Source of the DNA: a virus
DNA length: 64,000 nucleotides
Virus record (IMG/VR): IMGVR_UViG_3300023208_000003
Location: 32,001-96,000 of that record
Strand: one strand, 5' to 3'
Shown here: positions 17,601 to 26,218 of the stretch, in pieces
Numbering within the stretch: position 1 is the first letter of the stretch
Layout: every line of letters begins with the position of its first letter
Made by a program: the position numbers and the translations under genes
Notes under the pieces: model-generated
Databases searched by the model: none
What the model was told of the DNA's origin: nothing
Seen by the model: only the letters and a program-made list of their open reading frames with translations

Positions 17601-20600
17601 AGCAACGTTTCTGCTTTTTACTTTGATAGCGCAGGAGTCGCAACTCCTGCCAATCAAACTCTTATTTGCACTGCGGCGCTACAGAATGTTTCAGGAACAA
17701 TCACCTGGACAATTACAAAATATGATGCAACGGGTGCTTCAATTGGAACAATTACACCGACCATTTCAAATACGAAAGTAACTGGCGATACTGCAACTAT
17801 TACAATTGCTAATTTTGGTGTTGCAGCAAGTATTAAAGTTGTAGCGGCGGTTGGAACACTTGTTTCCGACTCGCAGACTTTTTACAGAGTTCGTGATGGG
17901 GCAGCTGGGGCGAGCGCAAAGGGATTATCATTAGCTGCAACAAGCTACATTTTCAATTACGCTAAAAATAATACAATTTCACCATCCACAATTACGCTTA
18001 ACGCTGTTCCAATGGGTGGTTTAACAGGTCAAGTTCAATGGGCCGTAACAAGCGGAACCGCGACGCTTCCTACTCCAAGCAGCAGCGGCATTGCAGGTCT
18101 TACGAATGATGTTCTTAACATTACGCCTGCTGCAATTGCAACAAAAAGTGTTACAATTAAAGCTTATATTGGCACTGGCACAGTCGATTATGATTATATT
18201 ACAATTGCTAAAGTTGAAGAAGGAAAAGATGGTCTTGCTGGCTACTTAACAAATGAATCAGTTACGCTTAAAGCTAATAGTTCTGGAGTTGTAACATTAA
18301 CTGGCGCAACAACTGATTTTAAAGTTTATGTGGGCGCAACTGACGTTACTTCAAGCTGCACATTTACAAAAACAGATTCAGCAGGTTTAACTTCTACTCT
18401 GACTACCAGTGGTATTTGCACGATAACAGGCGCACCATTAACTGGTGGTTATGTCGACATTACTGCAACATATAACGGTGTAACTCCTGCTGTAACACTT
18501 GTTAAAAGATTCTCAATTGCAGTTATTCAGCTTGGAGCTTTAGCATCGCGTGATTCAATTGATTTAACCCAAGACGTTACTGGCCAACCACTTGACCCGA
18601 ATAACTACGTTCGCACACCAACCTTTAAAACATCTGGACAAAATTCTGGAGTTCGCACTTGGGGTAATTCACAGGCGAATAGTTTAAGTGTAACTGCAGT
18701 TACCGGGCAAGCTTGGAACGCAGCACTCACGCTTAATTATTACGTTAATACATTTGAAACTACAAACATTTTTCCAGTGCGGGCTGGTGAGGTTCTATAC
18801 TGCTACGCTGACGTAACAACAAGTGGTGAAACATCTCACACCGCTTGGGTAGGTTTAAGATTTTATACATCAGATGGGGTAACTCAAGCTGCTACTGTAG
18901 GTGCGGGGACTCTTGCTCCAAATCTAGCGTGGACAAGAATTGGCGGTCCTATTGTTGCGCCCGCTAACGCGTGTTACGCGCAGCCAATGGTTACTGGCAC
19001 TGGCGCCGCTGGTGCTTTTGCGGGCGGTTCAATCAAGTTTACTAACATTTACGTTAATCGCGTTGATGTAGGTTCGCGTACCCCGGTTACTTATTGGATT
19101 GATGACGTTGATAAGAAAAAAGGCGTGGCCTACGTAGCAGGTACGCCTGACGTATCATATGGTTATGATGGTGATATTTTCATTGACGCGCGGCTTAACT
19201 TTCCAGCAAATGGACCTGGCTCCAAATTAATGTATCTCAAAGATAGTGGAGCGTGGGTAAATATTGGTGCAGGTAGAATCAACGCGTCAAATATTGCTAC
19301 CTTCTTTGAAGGAGCTTGCATTGGCACTGCGCAAATTGGCAACGCTGCGATTGGCAACGCGCAGATCGGAAATTATATCCAGTCAACAAATTTCAACGGC
19401 TCAGCTTCAACTTTTGGTACAGCAACACAGGGTTGGAGAATTCATAAAGACCTAGGCATTGAAATGGCTGGAATTCCATTAACTATCAAAGATAGTAATG
19501 GAGTTGCAATTTTCTCAGCGGGTGTTGCATCAAGTTCAATTCTTAACAGTGCTGTTACGCTTTCATCTCTTGGAGCTGGAGCGTTTGCATCATTAAATGA
19601 AATTACTGCAGCTAATATTAGTACCTATATTGCTGATGGTGCCATTGGAAACGCCTACATTGGAAATACAATTCAATCTGCTGGTTTTACCGGAACTGCT
19701 ACAACACCAGGCTGGAAAATTGATAAGGCTGGAAATATTACAATTACCGGGGGCGCATTTACAATTTATGATACAGCTGGTAAGGCAATTTTCTCTGCAG
19801 GCGGTTCATACACGCCAATTAATTACTTAGGAGCATTTACTGGTGCCGCAGCTCCTGCTATTGCAAGTTATCCAAAAAATTCAACTTGGTATTGTAGTGC
19901 AAATGGAGGTACTCTGCCTTTTGTTAATGGCAATACTTATATTAAATCAACTGATACCGCTACTCAGTGGTCACCATGGTTATTAGCTGGTGCAATTGGT
20001 CCAACTGGTCCACAAGGAGCTCAAGGTCCACAAGGAGCAACTGGCGCTCAAGGTCCACAGGGCGCAGCGGGAACCAATGGAACTAATGGTGTAAATGGTA
20101 ATCGTGGTCCAGGAACTTTTTATTATAACGCTGGCGCAAGCGCTACAGGTTGGAGTGAGCCTCCTACTTCAGTTTATCCAGATGGTACAAAAAGATTTAG
20201 AGATACTGTTACTATGTATGGTGGAACTGGAACTGGTGCCTGGTCTCAAACAAGATTCTGGGATGGTACTACAACAACTTCTGGTACCTCAATTATAAAT
20301 GGTTGGAACAAAATAGATGTTGCTATTGACGGTAACTTGCTTGTAACAGGAACCGTAAACGGAAATAAAATTGTAGCAGGTTCAATTACCTCATCGCAGT
20401 TAACAACAACGTCTGCCGTTATTACTGGAACTTTACAAGTTGGAACTGGCGGTGTTATTACCTCACCATTATCAGCTTCTTTTGCTGATCAAGATTGGGG
20501 AAATGGCGCACATTTAATGGGTGATTACCGCACGGGTGTTAATACTCCTACTTATTATTTTTATAATTTAGGAACTTTAAATGTTCCTGCCGTTGATGTC

Positions 20601-21014
20601 GCTCATACTAAAATTGTTATTTTTTCATTTTTGTTCAAACATTCTGATCCAAGTCCAGGATTTTTCGCTGTTAATATTTTAAGAGCTCCTCAAGGAACTG
20701 CATTACCTCCGGCAGCAGATTCAAATACTACTCCATCAGGCTGGACACAGATTTGGCATGCAAGAATTGACCCAAGCACTAGATTAGCTGGTGATGACAA
20801 CTACACTAATGCCTATGATTATGATAATCAAACACCTTATACAATAGTAGATAAAGATGGTGTTTCAGCTAATGTTTCATATACATATCTTGTTAGAGGT
20901 GCACTAACAAATGCATACTATTATAGTAAAGTTTGGAAAACTTGGACATTAAATACGAATTATTGGTTGCAATTTAAAAATATGAATTTAACTATTTTCA
21001 CAGGTAAACGTTAA
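14676..21014 (+). CDS. Very large tail fibre / host-specificity protein (J/DUF1983-like modules, Ig-like repeats, putative CBM)
   Basis: IDNNGYVSGF..FIVRADKFAV segment, four GYLTNE-type repeats, collagen hinges and Gly/Ala/Thr-rich beta composition. Confidence 0.8.
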   Translation: MQSKYGTLVGFLSETDLQKIKALPELSELQGQFASKDYIDSAVAIAIEAASYGLLTSKGGSFDTQALAAITASVSNLDAKINQEVSIRAQGDLNGQALINSEIQARITGDGFQTTKREELSSLLLGVPDPNGISSFSSGYIKDVSDTLASSVQAEASKRSDLVATLFGPNIDPDNLNGVTPANLTSGFIKSVMDVTATPTGATATAITNLGTQVNDAIASVQQAMDSIDGIKAHYGVTIDNNGYVSGFDLISEPGITGTPVSSFIVRADKFAVIDPAISNSVGALDLANQISNYSPFFIENGNTYIKSALIKAASIDFAQISDSIQSSNYNATTHAGWKLSKAGTIEANGITIYGSNGQVVLSAGGALNENVQIGSTGKTIGQLANDQALSLNAVLTNDTELVSASSTGVVNPVDLTNTGGQFQVFNGIDQIDSQFLTFSVVAAQTIGITATINSSGVYNVTAFPDANDSGTAVFQAVYAVGGTTIATVQKTYNITKVKSATGAAPILTLKCSALMMKFDTSGTAAPTNQSITLDAVILNGSGTPTWSATKYNSAGVSLGACTLAAGANGNQRILSVANFGSAAYVEVVTFLSGVGQDQQRIVRLGDGAAGQPGANGANGTSPLFGYLTNESQPLPALADGTITDYSGASGTFIVFNGSTQLAASAVTFSVVTPLPTGVTATINTAGVYNITSIPAATASAVNVTFRAVYAGITINKVFSVTKSKTGTAGANGADAKLLWLNSSAMHFSYNGANQPIPNTQSITVSAVRQNLGNATTDPITWSITKYDSAGNVLTPAITPVTGDTQTISVANFTPAFRVVITASRTISPGNVISDTLTLFKVADGAAGAAGAAGAPGLNGTNGVSPIIGYLTNENQGLVADNAGVVTDFSKANGTFNVYNGITPVTSGVTYSVVATTGLPTGAATISNTGAYTVSAINAANDSASATFRAAYGGVNIDKIFSLTKSKQAQTLDISSNVSAFYFDSAGVATPANQTLICTAALQNVSGTITWTITKYDATGASIGTITPTISNTKVTGDTATITIANFGVAASIKVVAAVGTLVSDSQTFYRVRDGAAGASAKGLSLAATSYIFNYAKNNTISPSTITLNAVPMGGLTGQVQWAVTSGTATLPTPSSSGIAGLTNDVLNITPAAIATKSVTIKAYIGTGTVDYDYITIAKVEEGKDGLAGYLTNESVTLKANSSGVVTLTGATTDFKVYVGATDVTSSCTFTKTDSAGLTSTLTTSGICTITGAPLTGGYVDITATYNGVTPAVTLVKRFSIAVIQLGALASRDSIDLTQDVTGQPLDPNNYVRTPTFKTSGQNSGVRTWGNSQANSLSVTAVTGQAWNAALTLNYYVNTFETTNIFPVRAGEVLYCYADVTTSGETSHTAWVGLRFYTSDGVTQAATVGAGTLAPNLAWTRIGGPIVAPANACYAQPMVTGTGAAGAFAGGSIKFTNIYVNRVDVGSRTPVTYWIDDVDKKKGVAYVAGTPDVSYGYDGDIFIDARLNFPANGPGSKLMYLKDSGAWVNIGAGRINASNIATFFEGACIGTAQIGNAAIGNAQIGNYIQSTNFNGSASTFGTATQGWRIHKDLGIEMAGIPLTIKDSNGVAIFSAGVASSSILNSAVTLSSLGAGAFASLNEITAANISTYIADGAIGNAYIGNTIQSAGFTGTATTPGWKIDKAGNITITGGAFTIYDTAGKAIFSAGGSYTPINYLGAFTGAAAPAIASYPKNSTWYCSANGGTLPFVNGNTYIKSTDTATQWSPWLLAGAIGPTGPQGAQGPQGATGAQGPQGAAGTNGTNGVNGNRGPGTFYYNAGASATGWSEPPTSVYPDGTKRFRDTVTMYGGTGTGAWSQTRFWDGTTTTSGTSIINGWNKIDVAIDGNLLVTGTVNGNKIVAGSITSSQLTTTSAVITGTLQVGTGGVITSPLSASFADQDWGNGAHLMGDYRTGVNTPTYYFYNLGTLNVPAVDVAHTKIVIFSFLFKHSDPSPGFFAVNILRAPQGTALPPAADSNTTPSGWTQIWHARIDPSTRLAGDDNYTNAYDYDNQTPYTIVDKDGVSANVSYTYLVRGALTNAYYYSKVWKTWTLNTNYWLQFKNMNLTIFTGKR

Positions 21015-21412
21015 TGCAAAGTTATATTACATATAATTTAACAACAGGCGCTATTTCATCGAAAATAAGTGGTCCTGATAGTCAATTTGCAGCTGAAACA
21101 TCAAATGAAGGTTTTATTGAGGATACTATTGGCATTGATATTGAAAAGTATTATGTTGATTTGAATACAGTGACTCTTTTAGAGCGACAAAAACTTAATC
21201 TTTCAATAAACAAAACATCAATTAATAGTGATGGTATAGATAAAATTATTATTTCAAATATTCCAGTTGGTTCTCAAGTAAGAATTTTAACAGATAATTT
21301 AACAATAAATGATAGTATTTTTGAATTTACTAGTGACATAAAAGGAAAATTTCGAATTTTAATTGATAAATTTCCATTTTTACAAGAAGAGGTTATTGTA
21401 AATGCAATATAA
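21014..21412 (+). CDS. Tail fibre accessory protein
   Basis: TAATG-coupled to the fibre gene. Confidence 0.55.
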   Translation: MQSYITYNLTTGAISSKISGPDSQFAAETSNEGFIEDTIGIDIEKYYVDLNTVTLLERQKLNLSINKTSINSDGIDKIIISNIPVGSQVRILTDNLTINDSIFEFTSDIKGKFRILIDKFPFLQEEVIVNAI

Positions 21413-21719
21413 AGCAACTAAACCACTAACAGAGTTGCAGGCTGAAATAAAAGCACAGATCAATAATCTGGCGTCAGAAACAATTTTAGCTCGTTACCCA
21501 CTGTGGAAACAAAATAATATGTTAGCTAGGGCAACTGAGTTACAGTCTTTAGGACAGATAAACACACCTGAGTGGGTAGATTTACAAGGCGCATGGAATT
21601 GGATTAAGGCGGTTCGTGACGCGTCTAATGCTGCTACAAATGTAATAGATGGCGCTGTTAGCACTCAAACTATTTACCTTGCCGAGGCAACGTTTAAAAA
21701 CACAATTGCTACTTTATAA
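21402..21719 (+). CDS. Tail fibre assembly-like protein
   Basis: Coupled ORF. Its 'YPLWKQNN...WIKAVRDASN' pattern resembles fibre chaperones. Confidence 0.55.
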   Translation: MQYKATKPLTELQAEIKAQINNLASETILARYPLWKQNNMLARATELQSLGQINTPEWVDLQGAWNWIKAVRDASNAATNVIDGAVSTQTIYLAEATFKNTIATL

Positions 21720-21722
21720 ATA
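21715..21722 (+). promoter_or_regulatory. Late promoter TATAAATA
   Basis: Exact match 32 nt upstream of ATG 21754. Confidence 0.7.
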
Positions 21723-21753
21723 ACAAGAAACATAACAATAATTAGAGGCCTAA

Positions 21754-22392
21754 ATGCATAGCCCGTTTCATATCGTTCAGGATTTTTTGTCTCCAAAACT
21801 CTGTGATGAAATATTAAGACAGATTGAACTAAAGCAACCAAATACCGATCGTGAAGGAAAAGCGATTCCATTTGAACGGCACCATGAGGGGCTAGAAAGA
21901 TTAATTTTTCCGCTTCTTAAACAAGAAGTTCCAAACATTGAGCAGCGTTATTTTGCAAAATATAAAGGAACTGAAACTTTAGTTTTTCAGCATTTTCCTG
22001 AACGCGCTAATACAATTGCAAAGCAACCAGGTTGTGAAAACGCGCAGTACACGCGCAAAAAATGGGTTAAAATAAAAGACGTTGATCTTACTGGATTTAT
22101 CTGGTTAAAGGATTTCAATGACTCTGTGCCGCTTGACCCACGAATTGAAGTCTATGGTGGCAAGCTAGAATTTCCAGCGTACAATTTTAGCTTACAACCG
22201 CAACGCGGAACTCTCGTTCTATTTCCTGCTGGTCCTCACTTTATAAATGCAATTTCGCCTGTGCTAGTAAGTGACCTTTATCAAATTAAAGTCAATATCT
22301 GTCTTTCACCAAATGACGGAAGTGGTATTTACCTTTATCAGCCAGCGAAATTTCCTGGCAAATGGCAAGATTGGCTAAAAGAGTTTGTTTAA
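21754..22392 (+). CDS. 2OG-Fe(II) oxygenase-fold protein (metal ligands appear degenerate)
   Basis: YGGKLEFP..QPQRGTLVLFPA..(N)AISPV pattern of P4H-like oxygenases. Confidence 0.7.
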   Translation: MHSPFHIVQDFLSPKLCDEILRQIELKQPNTDREGKAIPFERHHEGLERLIFPLLKQEVPNIEQRYFAKYKGTETLVFQHFPERANTIAKQPGCENAQYTRKKWVKIKDVDLTGFIWLKDFNDSVPLDPRIEVYGGKLEFPAYNFSLQPQRGTLVLFPAGPHFINAISPVLVSDLYQIKVNICLSPNDGSGIYLYQPAKFPGKWQDWLKEFV

Positions 22393-22661
22393 CCAACCTT
22401 AACGTCACCTGACCCTGCTACTACCAACCCGTCATCTGAGTTAGGAATTACAGCGTCACCTATTCTAACAACTGGTTTATTTTCTACTTTAACAGTGCTT
22501 GAAAAAGTCTGAAAAATAGTAGGGCTTTGTCCACCTTGCCCAGCTGTTAAATCAGTTTTTCTAATGATCGGCTTGTTATTAACTTTAACAGTGCTAGATC
22601 CATGCGCGCACTTGTCACCATTTGAGATTGGGTCATTTTGTCTTGCAACTGGTCTTGACAT
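22389..22661 (-). CDS. PAAR-like spike tip protein (gp5.4-like)
   Basis: PVAR, PIIR and PVVR repeats with SSTVKV(N/E)NKP motifs. AATAAATA upstream at 22691-22698. Confidence 0.85.
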   Translation of the reverse strand: MSRPVARQNDPISNGDKCAHGSSTVKVNNKPIIRKTDLTAGQGGQSPTIFQTFSSTVKVENKPVVRIGDAVIPNSDDGLVVAGSGDVKVG

Positions 22662-22662
22662 A

Positions 22663-22691
22663 TGTACATTCTTATTGAGTTGATATAGAAT
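22663..22691 (+). promoter_or_regulatory. sigma70-like promoter (TGTACA-N17-TAGAAT)
   Basis: Same architecture as 5115 and 63100. Sits 8 nt before ATG 22699. Confidence 0.55.
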
Positions 22692-22698
22692 ATTTATT

Positions 22699-23124
22699 AT
22701 GATACCACGATTACAGCTTCGTAAGCAAGAATTTTTGAACCCATCAACAGGTAGAATTTTACTTGTTGGCGATAAGCCAGGACCTGGTATTGTAAATGAA
22801 GCAGAAGACTACATTCCTGTACCATTTTATGGTTTAAGACACTCATCAGCTTGGCTAAATAAGCTCTTAGATGATCATAATATTCCAGAGGAACAACTTA
22901 CGTGGATAAACGCGTTTTATTTAGAGAATCAACCATCACAAAATGACGAGCTTTATAAAAGACAACCACGTGCTGTGATCGGACTTGGCGGAGTTGCGCA
23001 AAAATGGTTAAGAACGGCAGACTGTGAAGATTATTATTGCGTAGATCATCCACAATATTGGAAACGCTTTAAATCTAAAGAACTTTACCCTCTCATAACT
23101 TTACTGGAGTATTTAATATGTTGA
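22699..23124 (+). CDS. Small uracil-DNA glycosylase-superfamily protein
   Basis: ILLVGDKPG (motif A, cf. GEAPG), PF..S..WL, WINA, VIGLGGVA and DHP (motif B). Confidence 0.65.
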   Translation: MIPRLQLRKQEFLNPSTGRILLVGDKPGPGIVNEAEDYIPVPFYGLRHSSAWLNKLLDDHNIPEEQLTWINAFYLENQPSQNDELYKRQPRAVIGLGGVAQKWLRTADCEDYYCVDHPQYWKRFKSKELYPLITLLEYLIC

Positions 23125-23665
23125 AATACATACTTGTTTTTTCTTTCTATGTTCGTCTGCATTTGCTGACATAATGATACCAAATGTGGCCCCAAATGAC
23201 TTAACACCAGATCAAAAAGCACAAATTGCTTTACAAGCTGCTCAATTTGCAAATCAAAACAAAACAATCGTGAACACGACGCCTGAACAGGTCAAACAAT
23301 GGGCAGATGTTGCCGACGCTCTTGCCAATGGTATTGGAAAAACAGCGCATTCATTGAATGTAGAAGTGAATGAATTCATAAAAAGTCCAGTAGGTATAAT
23401 GACCGCAGTTATGTTGTTTTGGAACTACATGGGTAAGGACTTTCTTGGAATTATATTTGGTACAGGTTGGCTAGCTGTCTCTTTACCTATTTGGTTATTT
23501 TTCTTTTGGAAATCTATCAACAAAACAGAAACAGAAGAGCACGGAAGTGGAGAGAATAAACAAAGTGTAACTACTAAAACCCTAGAGTATGATGGCGGGA
23601 TAGTAAGTGGATATTTGATAACACTTGCAGTTATTATATTTATTGGACTTTTTACAATCTTTTAA
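23118..23665 (+). CDS. Membrane protein; signal-peptide N-terminus appears frameshifted (in-frame ORF 23174-23665)
   Basis: GGAG RBS before ATG 23118 (MLKYILVF). The continuation FFLCSSAFA-D lies in the -1 frame after a T6 run. Hydrophobic segments follow downstream. Confidence 0.55.
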
Positions 23666-25299
23666 GATAAATCAGTGGCGTGCGTTCGGTAATGCCGCAA
23701 AAAAGCAGGGGCGTTATCAGTTCCTTTACGCATGCCACCAAATCCTTGTCCATGAATCATATACATAAACTCACCTTTCGTAGCATTTTGATAAATGGCG
23801 GTGTTTGAATTATTTTGTACCGCTTTACCTCCAATTGTTCCATTTGCCTTATACGTTGTATAAGCCTGCTTTTCCTCCTTAAGCATTATAATCATCGCTT
23901 CGGTTGATTTTTCAGGGTCGCAACGATTCTCACAGGTAGGTTCAATTCCTGCCTTTGCATAATACTCACCAGAAGTTCCATTCAACATTTGGTACAAACC
24001 AGTTGCTGATGATTTTGGATTTTTTGCGTATGGGTTATTACCACCCTCGATTGAACATAATTTTAAAAGATACTTTTTATCTTCTTCATCGAGTTCAGGG
24101 TGCTTGTCAGCCGTAGCGCGAACTTTTGCTTGAACTTCGGCAGCGCTTGGATGATTTTGCTTATAATTAGCTGGTCTGCAGGATGGAGCAGTCGAACCAA
24201 TTATTTGCTTATCTCCTGGAGCCGACTTACCATCATTGTATGTTCTACCATCTGGGCTATTTTCAAACTTAGGGCAACCGGTTTTTGCCTTTACATCAGC
24301 GTCAGATAACTTCTTTGGTGGAGTATTATCTTTTTTAAGCTGCTGGCCTGGCGCGTTTGGATTATCAGAAGCTGGATTAGTTCCTGTCGATTCTATTTTT
24401 TTGTTATCATTGATGTATGGCCATGGGTCAGTCTTACCGCCATTTGGTAAGATTAACTCAAAATGAAGGTGATTGCCAGTTCCAACGCCGGCATGACCTT
24501 CCTTAGCAATTGCTGTTCCCGAAGTTACCTTTTGACCGACACTAACATAAACCTGAGACATATGCGCGTACAGCGTGTCAGCTAAGTGAGTACCGTCTGG
24601 TGCAGTGTGCCGAATAATTACCTTATTGCCATAACCTTGAGATGTTCCATTTGAAACTGCTGCTATAACTTCGCCATCAGCAGCTGCTACAATATCAACA
24701 ATGCGACCACCACGCATCGCTAAGTCAATTCCTTTATGAAAATCAGTACATTTAGGGCAAGGCTTAGCACGGGGACCATAATCACTGGTTTTTACAGAAC
24801 CTGGCAACGGGTTAATTAAAGTAAGTTCGTTACCATTACACTTTTTAGCAGCCATGTTATAAGTTCGCTCATCAATTTCTTTGTTGTTTGCGTCAATTGC
24901 TTTTACTGTAAAAGTCAACGTCTTCTTTTCAAATTCATCTTTAATTGTACCTGATAACTTTCCACTTGTCCCATCGAAAGTTAGCCCTAAATCACTTGGT
25001 TGCTTTTCGGCACCTTGATCATCCTTAATTTTTAACTCATATTTAGGCGGGCTTTGATATGCTGCAGAAAGTGATCCCTCAGTTAAAACAAAAGTTTCAT
25101 CCATTTTCATTTCGCAATTAGCAGAAACAGAATTGTTTTTAATTCGATCAGGCGTTGGCGGAGTCGCTTGCATTTCATCAGCATCATCATCTCTAGCTGA
25201 AGCGCACTCAATGCTCTCTCCTTTTTGAAGATAATTATGAAGAACTTTTGCAATTCCTGATGATTTTTTAGCAGAAACTGAAGCGCAAGGGCAACCCAT
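23662..25299 (-). CDS. Multidomain peptidoglycan hydrolase: Ig-like + M23 peptidase + SLT/lysozyme-like
   Basis: LTFDGTSGKLSGTI (Ig/He_PIG-like), FHKGIDL...YAH...HLHFE (M23) and IEGGNNPYAKNPKSSATGLYQML (SLT). Confidence 0.85.
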   Translation of the reverse strand: MGCPCASVSAKKSSGIAKVLHNYLQKGESIECASARDDDADEMQATPPTPDRIKNNSVSANCEMKMDETFVLTEGSLSAAYQSPPKYELKIKDDQGAEKQPSDLGLTFDGTSGKLSGTIKDEFEKKTLTFTVKAIDANNKEIDERTYNMAAKKCNGNELTLINPLPGSVKTSDYGPRAKPCPKCTDFHKGIDLAMRGGRIVDIVAAADGEVIAAVSNGTSQGYGNKVIIRHTAPDGTHLADTLYAHMSQVYVSVGQKVTSGTAIAKEGHAGVGTGNHLHFELILPNGGKTDPWPYINDNKKIESTGTNPASDNPNAPGQQLKKDNTPPKKLSDADVKAKTGCPKFENSPDGRTYNDGKSAPGDKQIIGSTAPSCRPANYKQNHPSAAEVQAKVRATADKHPELDEEDKKYLLKLCSIEGGNNPYAKNPKSSATGLYQMLNGTSGEYYAKAGIEPTCENRCDPEKSTEAMIIMLKEEKQAYTTYKANGTIGGKAVQNNSNTAIYQNATKGEFMYMIHGQGFGGMRKGTDNAPAFLRHYRTHATDLS

Positions 25300-25300
25300 C

Positions 25301-25570
25301 TTACTTCACCTCATAAAAATGTTTTATTGCCTTAAGCTTTTCCTCGATAATATTCATTCTTTCCTCTGAGCGAATAATAAACATTGCAACATCTCGCTGA
25401 GTTATCTTATCAACGTCAAGCTGAAAGTCTTGTGGTGGTATCTCAAGCAGCTCTTGTGGCGGTTGCTTAAAAACATACTCGGTTTTAACTACTACGTTAG
25501 GTTTTGAAGGTGTTGCACAACCGCTTAAAAAAACTAACGAAAATGTTATGATAATTAGAATTTTATTCAT
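25301..25570 (-). CDS. o-spanin (Rz1-like lipoprotein)
   Basis: Lipobox LSGC after a hydrophobic leader, with a Pro-rich mature part (PPQELLEIPP). Confidence 0.8.
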   Translation of the reverse strand: MNKILIIITFSLVFLSGCATPSKPNVVVKTEYVFKQPPQELLEIPPQDFQLDVDKITQRDVAMFIIRSEERMNIIEEKLKAIKHFYEVK

Positions 25571-25576
25571 TTTTGC

Positions 25577-26218
25577 TTACAATTTTGCGTACTTTGAGAA
25601 ACCTTTTTCAATTAACTCAGCTTTTGTCTCTAAAAGATCAGATTTATTATGCACCGACTGCTTTATAATTGTAAGCACTTTTGTTAAATCTGAATTATCA
25701 TCATCGAAAAAAATACCAGGCTTTGTTTCATCAAATTTAATAAACATAATTTGAAGCGGATTTACAATTGCTTTACAACCATAAAAAACAATAGAAGCGC
25801 CTATTTTTTTCGGCAATCCTTTTAATGATGTTAAATTTACGCATCCCTCAAGAGACAGAAATCCAGTATAAGTAGGAGCGTGCTCAAGGCTTTTTAAAGC
25901 TACACAATTAACAATATACATATCACCAATTACAGTAATCGGCCCACCTTCAAGTGTTTCAAGCTTACTACAATCAGAAAGATCAAAATAGCTTTTAATA
26001 TACGAAGGAGAGCCTTTTAATGATGTAATCTTTGAATGATTAAAATCAGCATACCCCTTTAATTTGCAACCAGGAACATATTGATAAAACTTATATCTTT
26101 CAACTAAGCCATCAAGCGAATCCCAATATTGCGGTATTTCTAAATCGGCGTAGCAAATAGGAATGTTATCCGTATTAGCGACTGGTTCTTTAAAACGTTT
26201 AACTTCACTAAGCTTCAT
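25577..26218 (-). CDS. AKL-tag paralogue family member 1 (LRR-like SLxGxP repeats)
   Basis: SLKGSP, TLEGGP, SLEHAP and SLKGLP repeats. C-terminus DLLETKAELIEKGFSKYAKL. Confidence 0.8.
   Translation of the reverse strand: MKLSEVKRFKEPVANTDNIPICYADLEIPQYWDSLDGLVERYKFYQYVPGCKLKGYADFNHSKITSLKGSPSYIKSYFDLSDCSKLETLEGGPITVIGDMYIVNCVALKSLEHAPTYTGFLSLEGCVNLTSLKGLPKKIGASIVFYGCKAIVNPLQIMFIKFDETKPGIFFDDDNSDLTKVLTIIKQSVHNKSDLLETKAELIEKGFSKYAKL

Noticed and set aside
22389-22661. PAAR protein with few His metal ligands as a novelty
   Set aside because: Variation in PAAR metal sites is common and cannot be judged without a structure.
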